A stretch of DNA of 25,421 nt from assembly GCA_030059675.1 (NCBI GenBank), contig JANVYQ010000015.1:1-25421 (forward strand). Reading direction: 5' to 3'. The translations under genes and the position numbers were made by a program. The notes below the pieces were generated by a model that saw nothing but the letters and a program-made list of their open reading frames with translations, was not told where the DNA came from and ran no database searches. This stretch comes from Candidatus Pelearchaeum maunauluense. GTDB taxonomy: Archaea > Thermoproteota > Nitrososphaeria_A > Caldarchaeales > Caldarchaeaceae. This document shows, in pieces, positions 1-8,556 of the stretch. How positions within the stretch are numbered: position 1 is the stretch's first letter; each line of letters starts with the position of its first letter.

Positions 1-19
1 GGGGAGTACGGCCGCAAGG

Positions 20-63
<44 letters not shown>

Positions 64-229
64 CGTTGCGGCTTAATTGGAGTCAACGCCGGAAACCTTA
101 CCGGGGGCGACAGCAGGATGAAGGCCAGATTGAAGGTCTTGCCGGACGAGCTGAGAGGAGGTGCATGGCCGTCGCCAGTGCGTGCCGTGAGGTGTCCTGT
201 TAATTCAGGCAAACCGGGGTGTTCCCTCG

Positions 230-968
230 ATGGTTGCTGAAGGGCTAGATACGTGGGTATATTGGATGGCTGGAATATGGGCCGCTGATAAAGGGACTTT
301 GGCGAAGGGTGTCATGAGTATAAGAAGCAAAGACCATGAAGTAATTCAACGTTGCCAACATATCTTTACAGCTTACTTAGGTCTGGCAGAAAACAAGATA
401 AGACTTCGCACAACAAAAGGCTATAGTGCCGTAGTCAGCAGTTTCAAGATAGATAGACTTCAGATGGAGGGGTTTTCCCCAGGCCTAAGGCTCTTCCAGG
501 AGCTTATGAGGGCTCCGATGAGCTCATGAGGAGCCCCGAGGCTGATGAATCCCATGACCTACGTATGCCCATGAAAGACTACGCAGGTCAGAACCCTCAA
601 CAGAGATATACGTTGTTTCTTCCGATATTAGAAGAGTTATTGAACAGATAGTCGCTGAAAGGACGAAGCTGAGGAATGCTAAAGCTCAAGCATACCTGGC
701 TGGTTTATTCGATGGAGATGGTTCGGTAGACCCACCAAGAAGCTTACTATACTATTGTTATGGAAAGCACCAACAGCAAGAAATATCTGAGGACCGTAAA
801 CTTATAGAGGTACTTGGATTCAAAACTTCATGCGGCCCATCAGTTAGAGCATTAAAATTACGCGTTCTTAAACCACGTAACTTCGCTCCCCTCATACTTC
901 CTTGGATAGTTATTCCACGTAAGATTATAGGCCTTCCGCAACTAATTGAGGGCTACCCCCGGGTCGAA
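230..968 (+). pseudogene. Intron-encoded two-motif LAGLIDADG homing endonuclease, interrupted by a 166-bp insertion
   Basis: Motif 1 YWMAGIWAADKG is in the 230 frame. Motif 2 AYLAGLFDGDGSV (from 690) is in a different frame. Deleting 431-596 fuses them in frame (..TTKGYSA|STEIYVVSSDIRR..). SD-like GGGGTG at 216-221. Confidence 0.92.
431..596 (+). mobile_element. Non-autonomous IS607-like miniature element, copy 1, with a putative tnpB 3' end/omega-RNA remnant
   Basis: CC core at 429-430 and 595-596. Shares CAGTTTCAAGATAGATAG (439-456), CTTCAGATGG (458-467) and the terminal CAGAAC-CC with copy 2. Excision restores the endonuclease frame. Family assignment is inferred. Confidence 0.88.
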
Positions 969-1490
969 CGGACGAGACCCGCGCCCCCAGTTGCCACAAG
1001 GCCGTTAGGCGCTGGGCACTCTGGGGGGACTGCCCCGGAAACGGGGAGGAAGGAGCGGGCCACGGCAGGTCAGTATGCCCCGAATCCCCCGGGCCGCACG
1101 CGACGTTCAATGGTGGGGACAGTGGGTTGCCACCCCGAAAGGGGGAGCTAATCCCTAAACCCCACCTCAGTTGGAATCGAGGGTTGCAACTCGCCCTCGT
1201 GAACGCGGAATCCCTAGTAACCGCCCGTTACCACCGGGCGGTGAATACGTCCCCGCTCCTTGCACACACTGCCCGTCGCTGCACCCGAGCTGGGGTTGGA
1301 CGAGGACCCGTCGTTGTTGGCGGGTTCGAGTCCGACCCCGGTGAGGGGGCAGAAGTCGTAACAAGGTGGCCGCACGGGAACGTGTGGCCGGATCACCTCC
1401 TACCGCCAATCCGTACTCGCTGATAGGTGCCTGGGGAGCTGCGTTGGGTTGGGCTTGTGGGTGCGGATAGGGTGTTTGGGCCCCGTGCTT

Positions 1491-2306
1491 TTACATATCT
1501 TGATGTTTGAAGAATGTGAGCGCAGCTACTAGTGTGGTTGCTGTCCATGCTATGAGTGAGGAGGTCAGTAGTGTGGGGAGTATTGCGCCTATGTTTTTGG
1601 CTATGTATGCGCTTGTTGGGCCTAGGACGAGTAGTGAGGGGTCTAGTGCGTGCACCATTAGTAGGCGGGCGCTCTCGACTGGGTTTATTGCGAGTAGTGT
1701 GAATATCTGCTCCCATTTGAGCTGCGCTCCTATTGCGGCGCCCATTAGTATGAGGTCGTAGATTACGAGCAGAAATAGCCAGGTCATTAGTATTATTCCC
1801 AGGGCTTCGAACCTGCTTCTGGAGAGGGTGGATATGAGCAGGCCTAGGCCTGTGAGCGTAGCCGCTAACAGTATGCAGGTGGCCATTATCTTGAGGTAGA
1901 TTATGAGGTCGCCTGACGATAGTATGGCCCATAGATACCATGCGGCGGCTCCGTATCCCAGTGCTGTTGCCAGCGCGATGGAGACGGTTATTCCGATGTA
2001 TTTGCTGAGTAGCACTTCAGCCTTTGAGAGGGGCTGTGATAAAATGACCTCAAGCGTCCCACGTTCGCGTTCTCCTATTATCGAGAGCCCGGCCAGCGAC
2101 ATGGCCATTAGCGGGACTAGGTAGAGCGTCATGTTTATGAGCGCGGCCGAAACTCGGCCGAATGCCCTAAATCCTAGATATCCTAGACCAAGCGAGCTGA
2201 AGTAGGATAGTGAGAGGCCCAGAATAGCGTAGATGACTGCATAGAGGATGAGCCACCTATTTCTTAGCGCGTCAAAAAGCTCTTTCTTTATGAGGGGCCA
2301 GAGCAC
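1491..2306 (-). CDS. nosY: NosY, ABC transporter permease for N2O reductase maturation
   Basis: Multi-TM ABC-2 permease with ERERGTLEVILSQPLS motif; last gene after nosD-nosF. Confidence 0.9.
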   Translation of the reverse strand: MLWPLIKKELFDALRNRWLILYAVIYAILGLSLSYFSSLGLGYLGFRAFGRVSAALINMTLYLVPLMAMSLAGLSIIGERERGTLEVILSQPLSKAEVLLSKYIGITVSIALATALGYGAAAWYLWAILSSGDLIIYLKIMATCILLAATLTGLGLLISTLSRSRFEALGIILMTWLFLLVIYDLILMGAAIGAQLKWEQIFTLLAINPVESARLLMVHALDPSLLVLGPTSAYIAKNIGAILPTLLTSSLIAWTATTLVAALTFFKHQDM

Positions 2307-3194
2307 CTACACACCACCCGCGGATAGCTTCATGATTAACTCATCCACGTTGGGCTCCTCTATTATTACGCTACTCATGTCTATTCCTAGCCTCATCAGG
2401 TTTGACAGTGTTTTCTGTAGGTTGTGTGTTTTTATGATGGTCCAGCCGTTTGTTGGGCTGCTAATTTCTTCGGCAGAGCTATCAATTATGTGGTATTGTT
2501 GTTGGATGTATATGCGGTATGCTGTTGGTATTGTTTTTAGAATCTCCTCAGACTTCATGATTCCCAGAACCTTCCCCCTGTCTAGGACTATTACATTATC
2601 AGCCATGGTTAGGAGGCCGCTGAGCGTGTGTGTTGATATGATGATTGTCTTGCCGCTTTCTTTGAGGCGGCGCATAATCCCGATTGTCTCGGTTCTACTC
2701 AGCGCATCCATGTTGCTGAAGGGCTCATCAAGGAGCAATGCCCGTGGATTGCCCAACAGCGCAACTGCGAGACTCAAACGCTGCTTCATACCTCCAGACA
2801 GCGCGCCAACCTTCACATGAGCCTTATCAAGTAGCCCAACCGCTCCAAGCGTCTCCTCAAGCGTGACATCAATACCCCGCAGGTCTGAGAAGAAATCTAT
2901 AACCTGAAAACAGGTCATGTCGCTGTATAGATTTACAGTCTGCGGGAGGTATCCTACGTTCTTCCTCACCTCCTTCCCCTGCTTTTTAACGTCGTAGCCG
3001 AATATCCTTATCACGCCCTCAAACTTTAGCAAGCCAAGCATACATCTTAGGAGCGTGGTCTTTCCTGAGCCGTTGGGGCCTAGGAGAAGTGTAAAGCTAC
3101 CATCGTTGAGGCTGAAGGAGATATCCTCCAGCGCTTGTGTCTTTCCATAGTACCTAGATACGTTTTCTACCTCTATTGCCTCCATAAAAACCAC
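2307..3194 (-). CDS. nosF: NosF, ABC transporter ATPase
   Basis: Walker A GPNGSGKT, signature LSGGMKQR, Walker B LLLDEP; lies between nosD and nosY. Confidence 0.92.
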   Translation of the reverse strand: MVFMEAIEVENVSRYYGKTQALEDISFSLNDGSFTLLLGPNGSGKTTLLRCMLGLLKFEGVIRIFGYDVKKQGKEVRKNVGYLPQTVNLYSDMTCFQVIDFFSDLRGIDVTLEETLGAVGLLDKAHVKVGALSGGMKQRLSLAVALLGNPRALLLDEPFSNMDALSRTETIGIMRRLKESGKTIIISTHTLSGLLTMADNVIVLDRGKVLGIMKSEEILKTIPTAYRIYIQQQYHIIDSSAEEISSPTNGWTIIKTHNLQKTLSNLMRLGIDMSSVIIEEPNVDELIMKLSAGGV

Positions 3195-4524
3195 CTCTTA
3201 TGGCTGCCACGATTAGGCTTGCTGGCGATATTGTGAGGACCGCCGCCGCTATGAGCCAGGATATGTCTCCCTCCGCTGATGGGGTAGGCATGAAGGATAC
3301 CTCTGTGCGGGGCTGTTCATCAACAGCCTTAACCCGCGCACCCATCGGAATAGCCTTCTTCATAATCTCCAACATCATATACGCGGGGCTGTACATCATA
3401 ATCCTAAGATACGGGTAGTTGTCCATCAAATCCTCCAGCGGGTCTTCTGCCTTGTAGGGCTGCCCCTCTATTCCGCGGTAATCGCTCCAGAAGTTTCCGC
3501 TCCAATATGCTATGGTATCTACGCTGCCTATGAGCATCACTTGCTCAACGTTCTCAACAAAGTTATTGCCGTAGAACTCTCCGCGGGAATCAACATCTAG
3601 ACTAACGCCCACATAGTTGAAGGCAACCGTGTTATTCCTCACCAGCAGATATGTTGTTTCAGGCGGGTATGGAGAGTATGTTATATCAAGCCCCAAGTAA
3701 TGTCCATATATCATGTTATATTCCAGCGTTACATTTCCTGAATCGCGGAGGAATATTCCCTCACTAACCGCCATCCCCTTATTCTCGCCCACCATATTAA
3801 ACTTGACGGTAAGATTCTGGGAATACATCAAAGCCATACCAACCAGATTCCCAATCACAGTATTGTTAAGAATCTCATAATTAGCCGAATACATCAAATG
3901 TATTCCATACCGCGATTTTGAGACCTTGTTTTTTATTATCTTAGTGTAGTAGGAGTGCTCATTATATATTCCATCTTTCGCGTCTCTCACTGTGTTGTTT
4001 ATTATAAGTGAGCCAAAAGCATACCACAGGTATATGCCGTGGCCTCTATCGTTGATATGCTTCTGCGGCATTCCCAGTAATATGTTGTTTGCTGCAGTCG
4101 TGTTATGTACTCCTTCAAGATAGATTCCAAAGAGAGTATCTTCTATGATGTTATTGGTTATTTTGCTGTTGTTTCCCCTTATCTTTACGCCAGCCGCTTC
4201 ACTGCCATACCAGATATTGCTGTTAATTATCCTGAAGCCATCCAACACCACGTCGTTTGCCTCGATAACAACTACATCACCAACTTCCCGCCCCTCTATC
4301 GTTGGATAGCCCTTGCCCACAAGGGTCAGGGGCTTATCTATTACGATGGGGCCATAATACCTTCCAGGGGGAATCTCCAAGACATCGTAGGGCTTGGCCT
4401 CGTTGATTAGCTGCTGTAATTTATTTGCTGCTTCTATGCTCTCACCCATCACCATACGTGGAGTTGTTATTATGGATAGCAGGACGAAAACAGTGAGGAG
4501 GGCGGCGAGTTTATAGGTGGTCAA
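3154..4524 (-). CDS. nosD: NosD, copper-binding beta-helix maturation protein
   Basis: Signal peptide, IPPGRYYGPIVIDKPLTL, RGHGIYLW, SRYGIHLMYS, GNFWSDY, C-terminal TM anchor. Confidence 0.95.
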   Translation of the reverse strand: MTTYKLAALLTVFVLLSIITTPRMVMGESIEAANKLQQLINEAKPYDVLEIPPGRYYGPIVIDKPLTLVGKGYPTIEGREVGDVVVIEANDVVLDGFRIINSNIWYGSEAAGVKIRGNNSKITNNIIEDTLFGIYLEGVHNTTAANNILLGMPQKHINDRGHGIYLWYAFGSLIINNTVRDAKDGIYNEHSYYTKIIKNKVSKSRYGIHLMYSANYEILNNTVIGNLVGMALMYSQNLTVKFNMVGENKGMAVSEGIFLRDSGNVTLEYNMIYGHYLGLDITYSPYPPETTYLLVRNNTVAFNYVGVSLDVDSRGEFYGNNFVENVEQVMLIGSVDTIAYWSGNFWSDYRGIEGQPYKAEDPLEDLMDNYPYLRIMMYSPAYMMLEIMKKAIPMGARVKAVDEQPRTEVSFMPTPSAEGDISWLIAAAVLTISPASLIVAAIRGGFYGGNRGRKRI

Positions 4525-5094
4525 CGCTCCTCACTGCTCTTCCACCTGAAGGCTGTGAAGATTTGGAGGATAGCCGCTGCGAGGGGTAGGAAAAAAGCCT
4601 GGGCCTAGATAGCTGGTTATATCGAAGTTGGCTATCCTATAGACACCGAAGAACGGTGGGTCAAATGGTTCAACCTTTATAGGCGCTTCTGGGTTTATCG
4701 TATGGGTATAGTCATACATCCATAGATAAGCGTATATCGGTATCCCCAACAATATTACAACGTATATAGCCCAGACTAGGTAGAAACGCCTTCCGCTACC
4801 GTTGAGCGCAGCCGCAGCGACGGAGAAAACCAATAAGATTGCATATACAAACTTCAGATACACCAGCTCAGGCATGCTGGCTGGGTCAATCTTACCCAAA
4901 CCAACATAGTGGTTAACTATATTCACGTTTTGAAGGTCTCCAACAACGCCTGCCAGGGGGTATACTTCAACGAGGAGCGGCTTCTCCATGAATGGGGCTT
5001 TTAGGTTTATGGTCCACATGGGCAGGAAGAATGAAACAGCCACGAAAGCCGCTGAGATTAGTATGAGCAGGCTTTTACGTTTGGATAATTTCAT
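4521..5094 (-). CDS. Conserved membrane protein of clade II nos clusters (NosB-like); frameshifted near the C-terminus
   Basis: PMWTINLKAP..NIVNHYVGL..MPEL..PFDPPFFG pattern. Removing one base of the A6 run at 4591-4596 gives a final TM helix (FFLPLAAAILQIFTAF), and its TGA overlaps the nosD TTG. Confidence 0.8.
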
Positions 5095-5097
5095 GTC

Positions 5098-5616
5098 TCA
5101 TGACTCACCCATCATAGTTGGTTTCAGCTCTACCTTAAGTAGCTCGCTCCAGCTCAACACTACGCCAGAATATTCTTCGGCAAGCTTCTCCGCTCTCTCC
5201 TTCTCGCTTAGCGCGACTACCCCAAAGCCCATGGGTGTCTTCAGGCTCGTTGGGTCAGCCTTTACATACCACGCGCGCGTAGCGTCCAACGGCTCTTTAG
5301 TAGCGTAATCAAATACTATGATTTCGATTATTTTGCGGGACCCGCTGTTCTTCTTATAATCTAAAACCATCTCACCTATATCGTCGTACTTCCAGTAGTC
5401 CTGTTCCCCCTCTACGAGTATTGCGGCAGCGTATCGCAGGTCGCTTATGAGCATACCGCATCTCTTGCATTTTTCTCTATCAAGCTCTATGGAGAGCGCG
5501 GGTTTTGTGTTTGAGTGTGAGGTGAATAATAATCCTCCTATAACTACAACTACTATAATGACGCCAACAACACCAATTATTACTTTGCGTTTCTCATCCA
5601 TGCCCTTTACATCCAC
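5098..5616 (-). CDS. nosL: NosL copper chaperone family
   Basis: N-terminal TM anchor, CKRCGM, YDDIGEM and TPMGFG motifs. Confidence 0.9.
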   Translation of the reverse strand: MDVKGMDEKRKVIIGVVGVIIVVVVIGGLLFTSHSNTKPALSIELDREKCKRCGMLISDLRYAAAILVEGEQDYWKYDDIGEMVLDYKKNSGSRKIIEIIVFDYATKEPLDATRAWYVKADPTSLKTPMGFGVVALSEKERAEKLAEEYSGVVLSWSELLKVELKPTMMGES

Positions 5617-5652
5617 CAGCTATTGAGAGCTAGAAAATTAAAAGAATGGGGG

Positions 5653-7725
5653 TTAGGCTGGCTCCACTTCTAGCCAGCCAGCCATCTCTAGGTGCAGTGG
5701 AGAGCAGAACTCCACGCAGTAGAAGGCATACACCCCAGGTTTGTCAGCCACGAACTCCACGGTAACAGTTTCTCCAGGCTCTAAACTAGCTATTATGTTG
5801 TACTCGGCAACAGCGAAGGCATGCGTAACATCCTTGGCGGTCTCTATGTTCGTTATATGTATCCTCAGCAAGTCTCCCTGCTTGCATTTAATTATGTCGG
5901 GCGTTATGGTGCTCCTCACCCCCGTCATCCACACCTCAGTAACCCACCTACCATCCTCCTGGTGACGCTCAACGCCCATTTTACCCTCGACATACTGGGC
6001 ATGTCTCTGGAACGTCTCAGGGTCCGTACCCAGCTCATACACGGTTATCGGCTTTATCTTATCAGCCGAGATTATCTTGGCGTAGTGCGGCTCGCCTATG
6101 CCTATCGGCATATCATAGAGGAGCTGCATCTTCTCGCCTGAGATGTCAACGAGCTGGAAGTTCTGCGGGAATAATGGGCCTACGTTCATGAACCTATCCA
6201 CCGACCACTTGTTGAGAGCTACCAGATACTTACCCTTCGGGGTGGGTGAGTTGCTCTCTGGTGTGGCTAGGTGGCCTATGTTGTAGTGTATCTGTATTCT
6301 ATCAACAACCTGGAATGGCTTATCGCCAGTATAGTCAGGCGGCCCTAGCGTGTATTTCACAACCTGGTTGCTGATGAAGCAGCTCACATATCCATGGCCT
6401 TTGTCATCAAACTCATCATGCAGCGGCCCTAGACCAACCTCTATCTGCGCAGCCTTTACGTCTTCAAACCTAAGTATAGGAACGCCATATGGGTCTTCTC
6501 CCTGGAAACGCTGGTCGACTATTGCGCGCTTAATCTTCTCTATATCATAGACGGTTACAAGCGGCTCCAGCTTTCCTCCTATTACTATATACCTCCCACT
6601 GGCGGTTATGTCACAGCCATGTGGGCTCTTCGGCTCTGGCGCAAAGAACAGAACACCCTCCTTAATCGCCGTCTCCAACGTTATCACCTTTATACCATTC
6701 ATCTCCTTGGCCTTCCCTGCGCGCACCAGCTCCTCGGCCTTCTTCCAATTCACTATGTGCAAATAATCAAAGTCCTTTTGTGATGCTGCTATTTCCAGCG
6801 GCGGCTTTCCTTCAAGAACACCGCCTATAGCGAGCTCTGTGTTAATGCAGTTTGTGAAAGCCCATCCATCACTCGGGCCCCATCCGATTATCTCAAGGTC
6901 TTGCATGTATGGTGGAAGCTCTATCTGGAAGCTGTTACTCAAGTCAAAACGGCCACGCACCCTATCAAATCTAATGAACGTCATAGTCCCCCTGAAATAG
7001 TCTTGGAAGTTCTTTTCAGTCAGGGGGATGTATGTTACGCCTGGCTTATATCCACGGCCAGGCTCCCACGGAGCGGCAAACTGGCTACCACATCCTATGT
7101 ATTCCGTATTTGGTGTAGCACACGCTCCGCCGTGCTGAGTTTGCGTGTTTGGAATCTTTATCATGTCTTTCGTCTCAAAGTCTTTTAGGCTTATTACAGC
7201 TTTTCGCGCGTTGAGCTTGTCTCCTATGAAGAGCCACTCACCATCATACTCGGCGTTTGTCCTGCTTATCTCTGGATGATGCGTGTCTCCACATGTGAGG
7301 AAACGTATTCCGTTGCTTCCCTTCTCAAGAAGCTTCATCGTCTTTACGTCGCCGTATCCGTAGCCCTGCCAGGGCTCTGGAGTGAATACCGCTATTATCT
7401 TGTAAATACGCATTGATGGAATGCCAATTACCATTACTTGGCCGCTGTGGCCTCCTGAGGAGAACATTAGGAACTCATCTGGCATTCCTCCAGGGACGTA
7501 TGTCTTAAGAGCGCCAACTACATGTGCGGGCTGTAGGTTTCTCTGTTTTATTATATCCTCCACTTGTCTGAGTGTTGGTGGTGCTGCGGGTGTTATTAGG
7601 CGGGAGAGGCCGAATCCAGCTACTCCTCCTACCGCCAGCCCCGCAACGGCAGCGGCTATGAAGCCCCTTCTACTGACCTTATTCTCCTTTGTTGTTTGAG
7701 GTTTTTCTTTCTTTTCCACACCCAT
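5653..7725 (-). CDS. nosZ: Nitrous oxide reductase, clade II-type sequence with twin-arginine leader
   Basis: SRRGFI leader; FSSGGHSGQ..GIPSMR..EPWQGYG. CuZ histidines in DTHH, QHGG, SPHG, GPLH, IGHL, EPHY. CuA ligands THAF..CVEFCSPLHLEM. Confidence 0.97.
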   Translation of the reverse strand: MGVEKKEKPQTTKENKVSRRGFIAAAVAGLAVGGVAGFGLSRLITPAAPPTLRQVEDIIKQRNLQPAHVVGALKTYVPGGMPDEFLMFSSGGHSGQVMVIGIPSMRIYKIIAVFTPEPWQGYGYGDVKTMKLLEKGSNGIRFLTCGDTHHPEISRTNAEYDGEWLFIGDKLNARKAVISLKDFETKDMIKIPNTQTQHGGACATPNTEYIGCGSQFAAPWEPGRGYKPGVTYIPLTEKNFQDYFRGTMTFIRFDRVRGRFDLSNSFQIELPPYMQDLEIIGWGPSDGWAFTNCINTELAIGGVLEGKPPLEIAASQKDFDYLHIVNWKKAEELVRAGKAKEMNGIKVITLETAIKEGVLFFAPEPKSPHGCDITASGRYIVIGGKLEPLVTVYDIEKIKRAIVDQRFQGEDPYGVPILRFEDVKAAQIEVGLGPLHDEFDDKGHGYVSCFISNQVVKYTLGPPDYTGDKPFQVVDRIQIHYNIGHLATPESNSPTPKGKYLVALNKWSVDRFMNVGPLFPQNFQLVDISGEKMQLLYDMPIGIGEPHYAKIISADKIKPITVYELGTDPETFQRHAQYVEGKMGVERHQEDGRWVTEVWMTGVRSTITPDIIKCKQGDLLRIHITNIETAKDVTHAFAVAEYNIIASLEPGETVTVEFVADKPGVYAFYCVEFCSPLHLEMAGWLEVEPA

Positions 7726-7760
7726 ACTTCTCTCAAGCCTGTGATACTCTATGCCCCTCG

Positions 7761-7791
7761 GAAAAGCATTATACCTAACATATTAGGGGCA
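7761..7791. promoter_or_regulatory. Divergent promoter region with palindromic operator candidate
   Basis: GAAAAGCATTATA (BRE/TATA-like) directly followed by CCTAA-cata-TTAGG (7774-7787), between nosZ and the cupredoxin gene. Confidence 0.45.
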
Positions 7792-7840
7792 ATACTAAAT
7801 TTGAGCCATAGGCCTATGCCTAGCCAAGGATGGTGAGAAT

Positions 7841-8338
7841 ATGCGAGTAGCGCTGGTTGCGGTAATAGTAGCTGTCGTAGTGATAGTGGCTGTCGTGCCG
7901 TTTCTTCTAATGCAAGGCGGACAACAGGCTGGTGAGCAGCAGACAGCACCGACGCAAACACAGAAGCCAGAGACAGGAAAGGTAGAAATAGTGATTGAAG
8001 GCGGCGAGATAAGCGTCTCCAAACAAGGCTTCGGATTAAAAGGCCAACAATTGCAGTCACCTGGCCCTGAGCTTCGCGTGAAGGTAGGCTCTCTCGTTGT
8101 AGTCACGTTCATAAACGTCGGCCAGCTTCCACATACTTTCGTGGTCACTGATGAGAAGAAGTTTGACGCAGAGCCGTTGTGGGGTGCTCAGATAGGGACG
8201 CCCACATCTCCAGTACAGCCTAAGCAGCAGTCTTCAATAAGCTTCACACCAACGAGGCCAGGCGAGTATTACTACATCTGCCAAGTACCTGGGCATATAG
8301 AGCTTGGCATGTGGGGAAAGTTTGTCGTGGAGGAATAA
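7841..8338 (+). CDS. Membrane-anchored blue copper protein (cupredoxin; sulfocyanin/rusticyanin-like)
   Basis: N-terminal TM, Q/T/P linker, type-1 Cu ligands PHTF and CQVPGHIELGM. Confidence 0.9.
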   Translation: MRVALVAVIVAVVVIVAVVPFLLMQGGQQAGEQQTAPTQTQKPETGKVEIVIEGGEISVSKQGFGLKGQQLQSPGPELRVKVGSLVVVTFINVGQLPHTFVVTDEKKFDAEPLWGAQIGTPTSPVQPKQQSSISFTPTRPGEYYYICQVPGHIELGMWGKFVVEE

Positions 8339-8556
8339 ACAACCTCATACGATGTGTCGAAAATACCTCAATTTTTTACAATTTTAAAGTGGATTCCACA
8401 TTTCCATATTTAAATGGCATGTGAATAATTATTGGATTAAAACGTGTGTTGTTTGGGATTTTTATCCCAGCAAGCAGAATTAGTACATATATGAGGAACT
8501 ATGTCAGACCAAGTTAGTGAGCAGTATGATTAGCGTTTTTGGCGGGATTTGCCTAG

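Larger units (their letters stand above)
213..968 (+). mobile_element. Archaeal BHB-type rRNA intron, 756 nt, inserted at about E. coli position 1102
   Basis: Joining 212 to 969 restores CAGGCAA|CGGACGAGACCC (consensus CAGGCAACGAGCGAGACCC). The terminal stem is CCGGGG..CCCTC (214-228) with GAGGG..CCCCGG (948-962). The 3-nt bulges AAA (211-213) and AAC (967-969) flank a central helix AGGC/GUCG with one mismatch. Confidence 0.93.

Noticed and set aside
430-583. Hammerhead ribozyme (CTGATGA at 542-548, GAAA at 573-576, CGTAGTC/GACTACG stem)
   Set aside because: Stem II barely pairs, the required U-H after stem III is absent (AG follows CGTAGTC), and copy 2 does not keep the core.
427-586. Alternative 160-bp insert boundaries with AG duplication and short inverted repeats, or a nested BHB intron
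   Set aside because: These also restore the frame, but copy 2 shows shared sequence extending to CAGAAC-CC, which fixes the ends at 431-596. No BHB is seen at these junctions.
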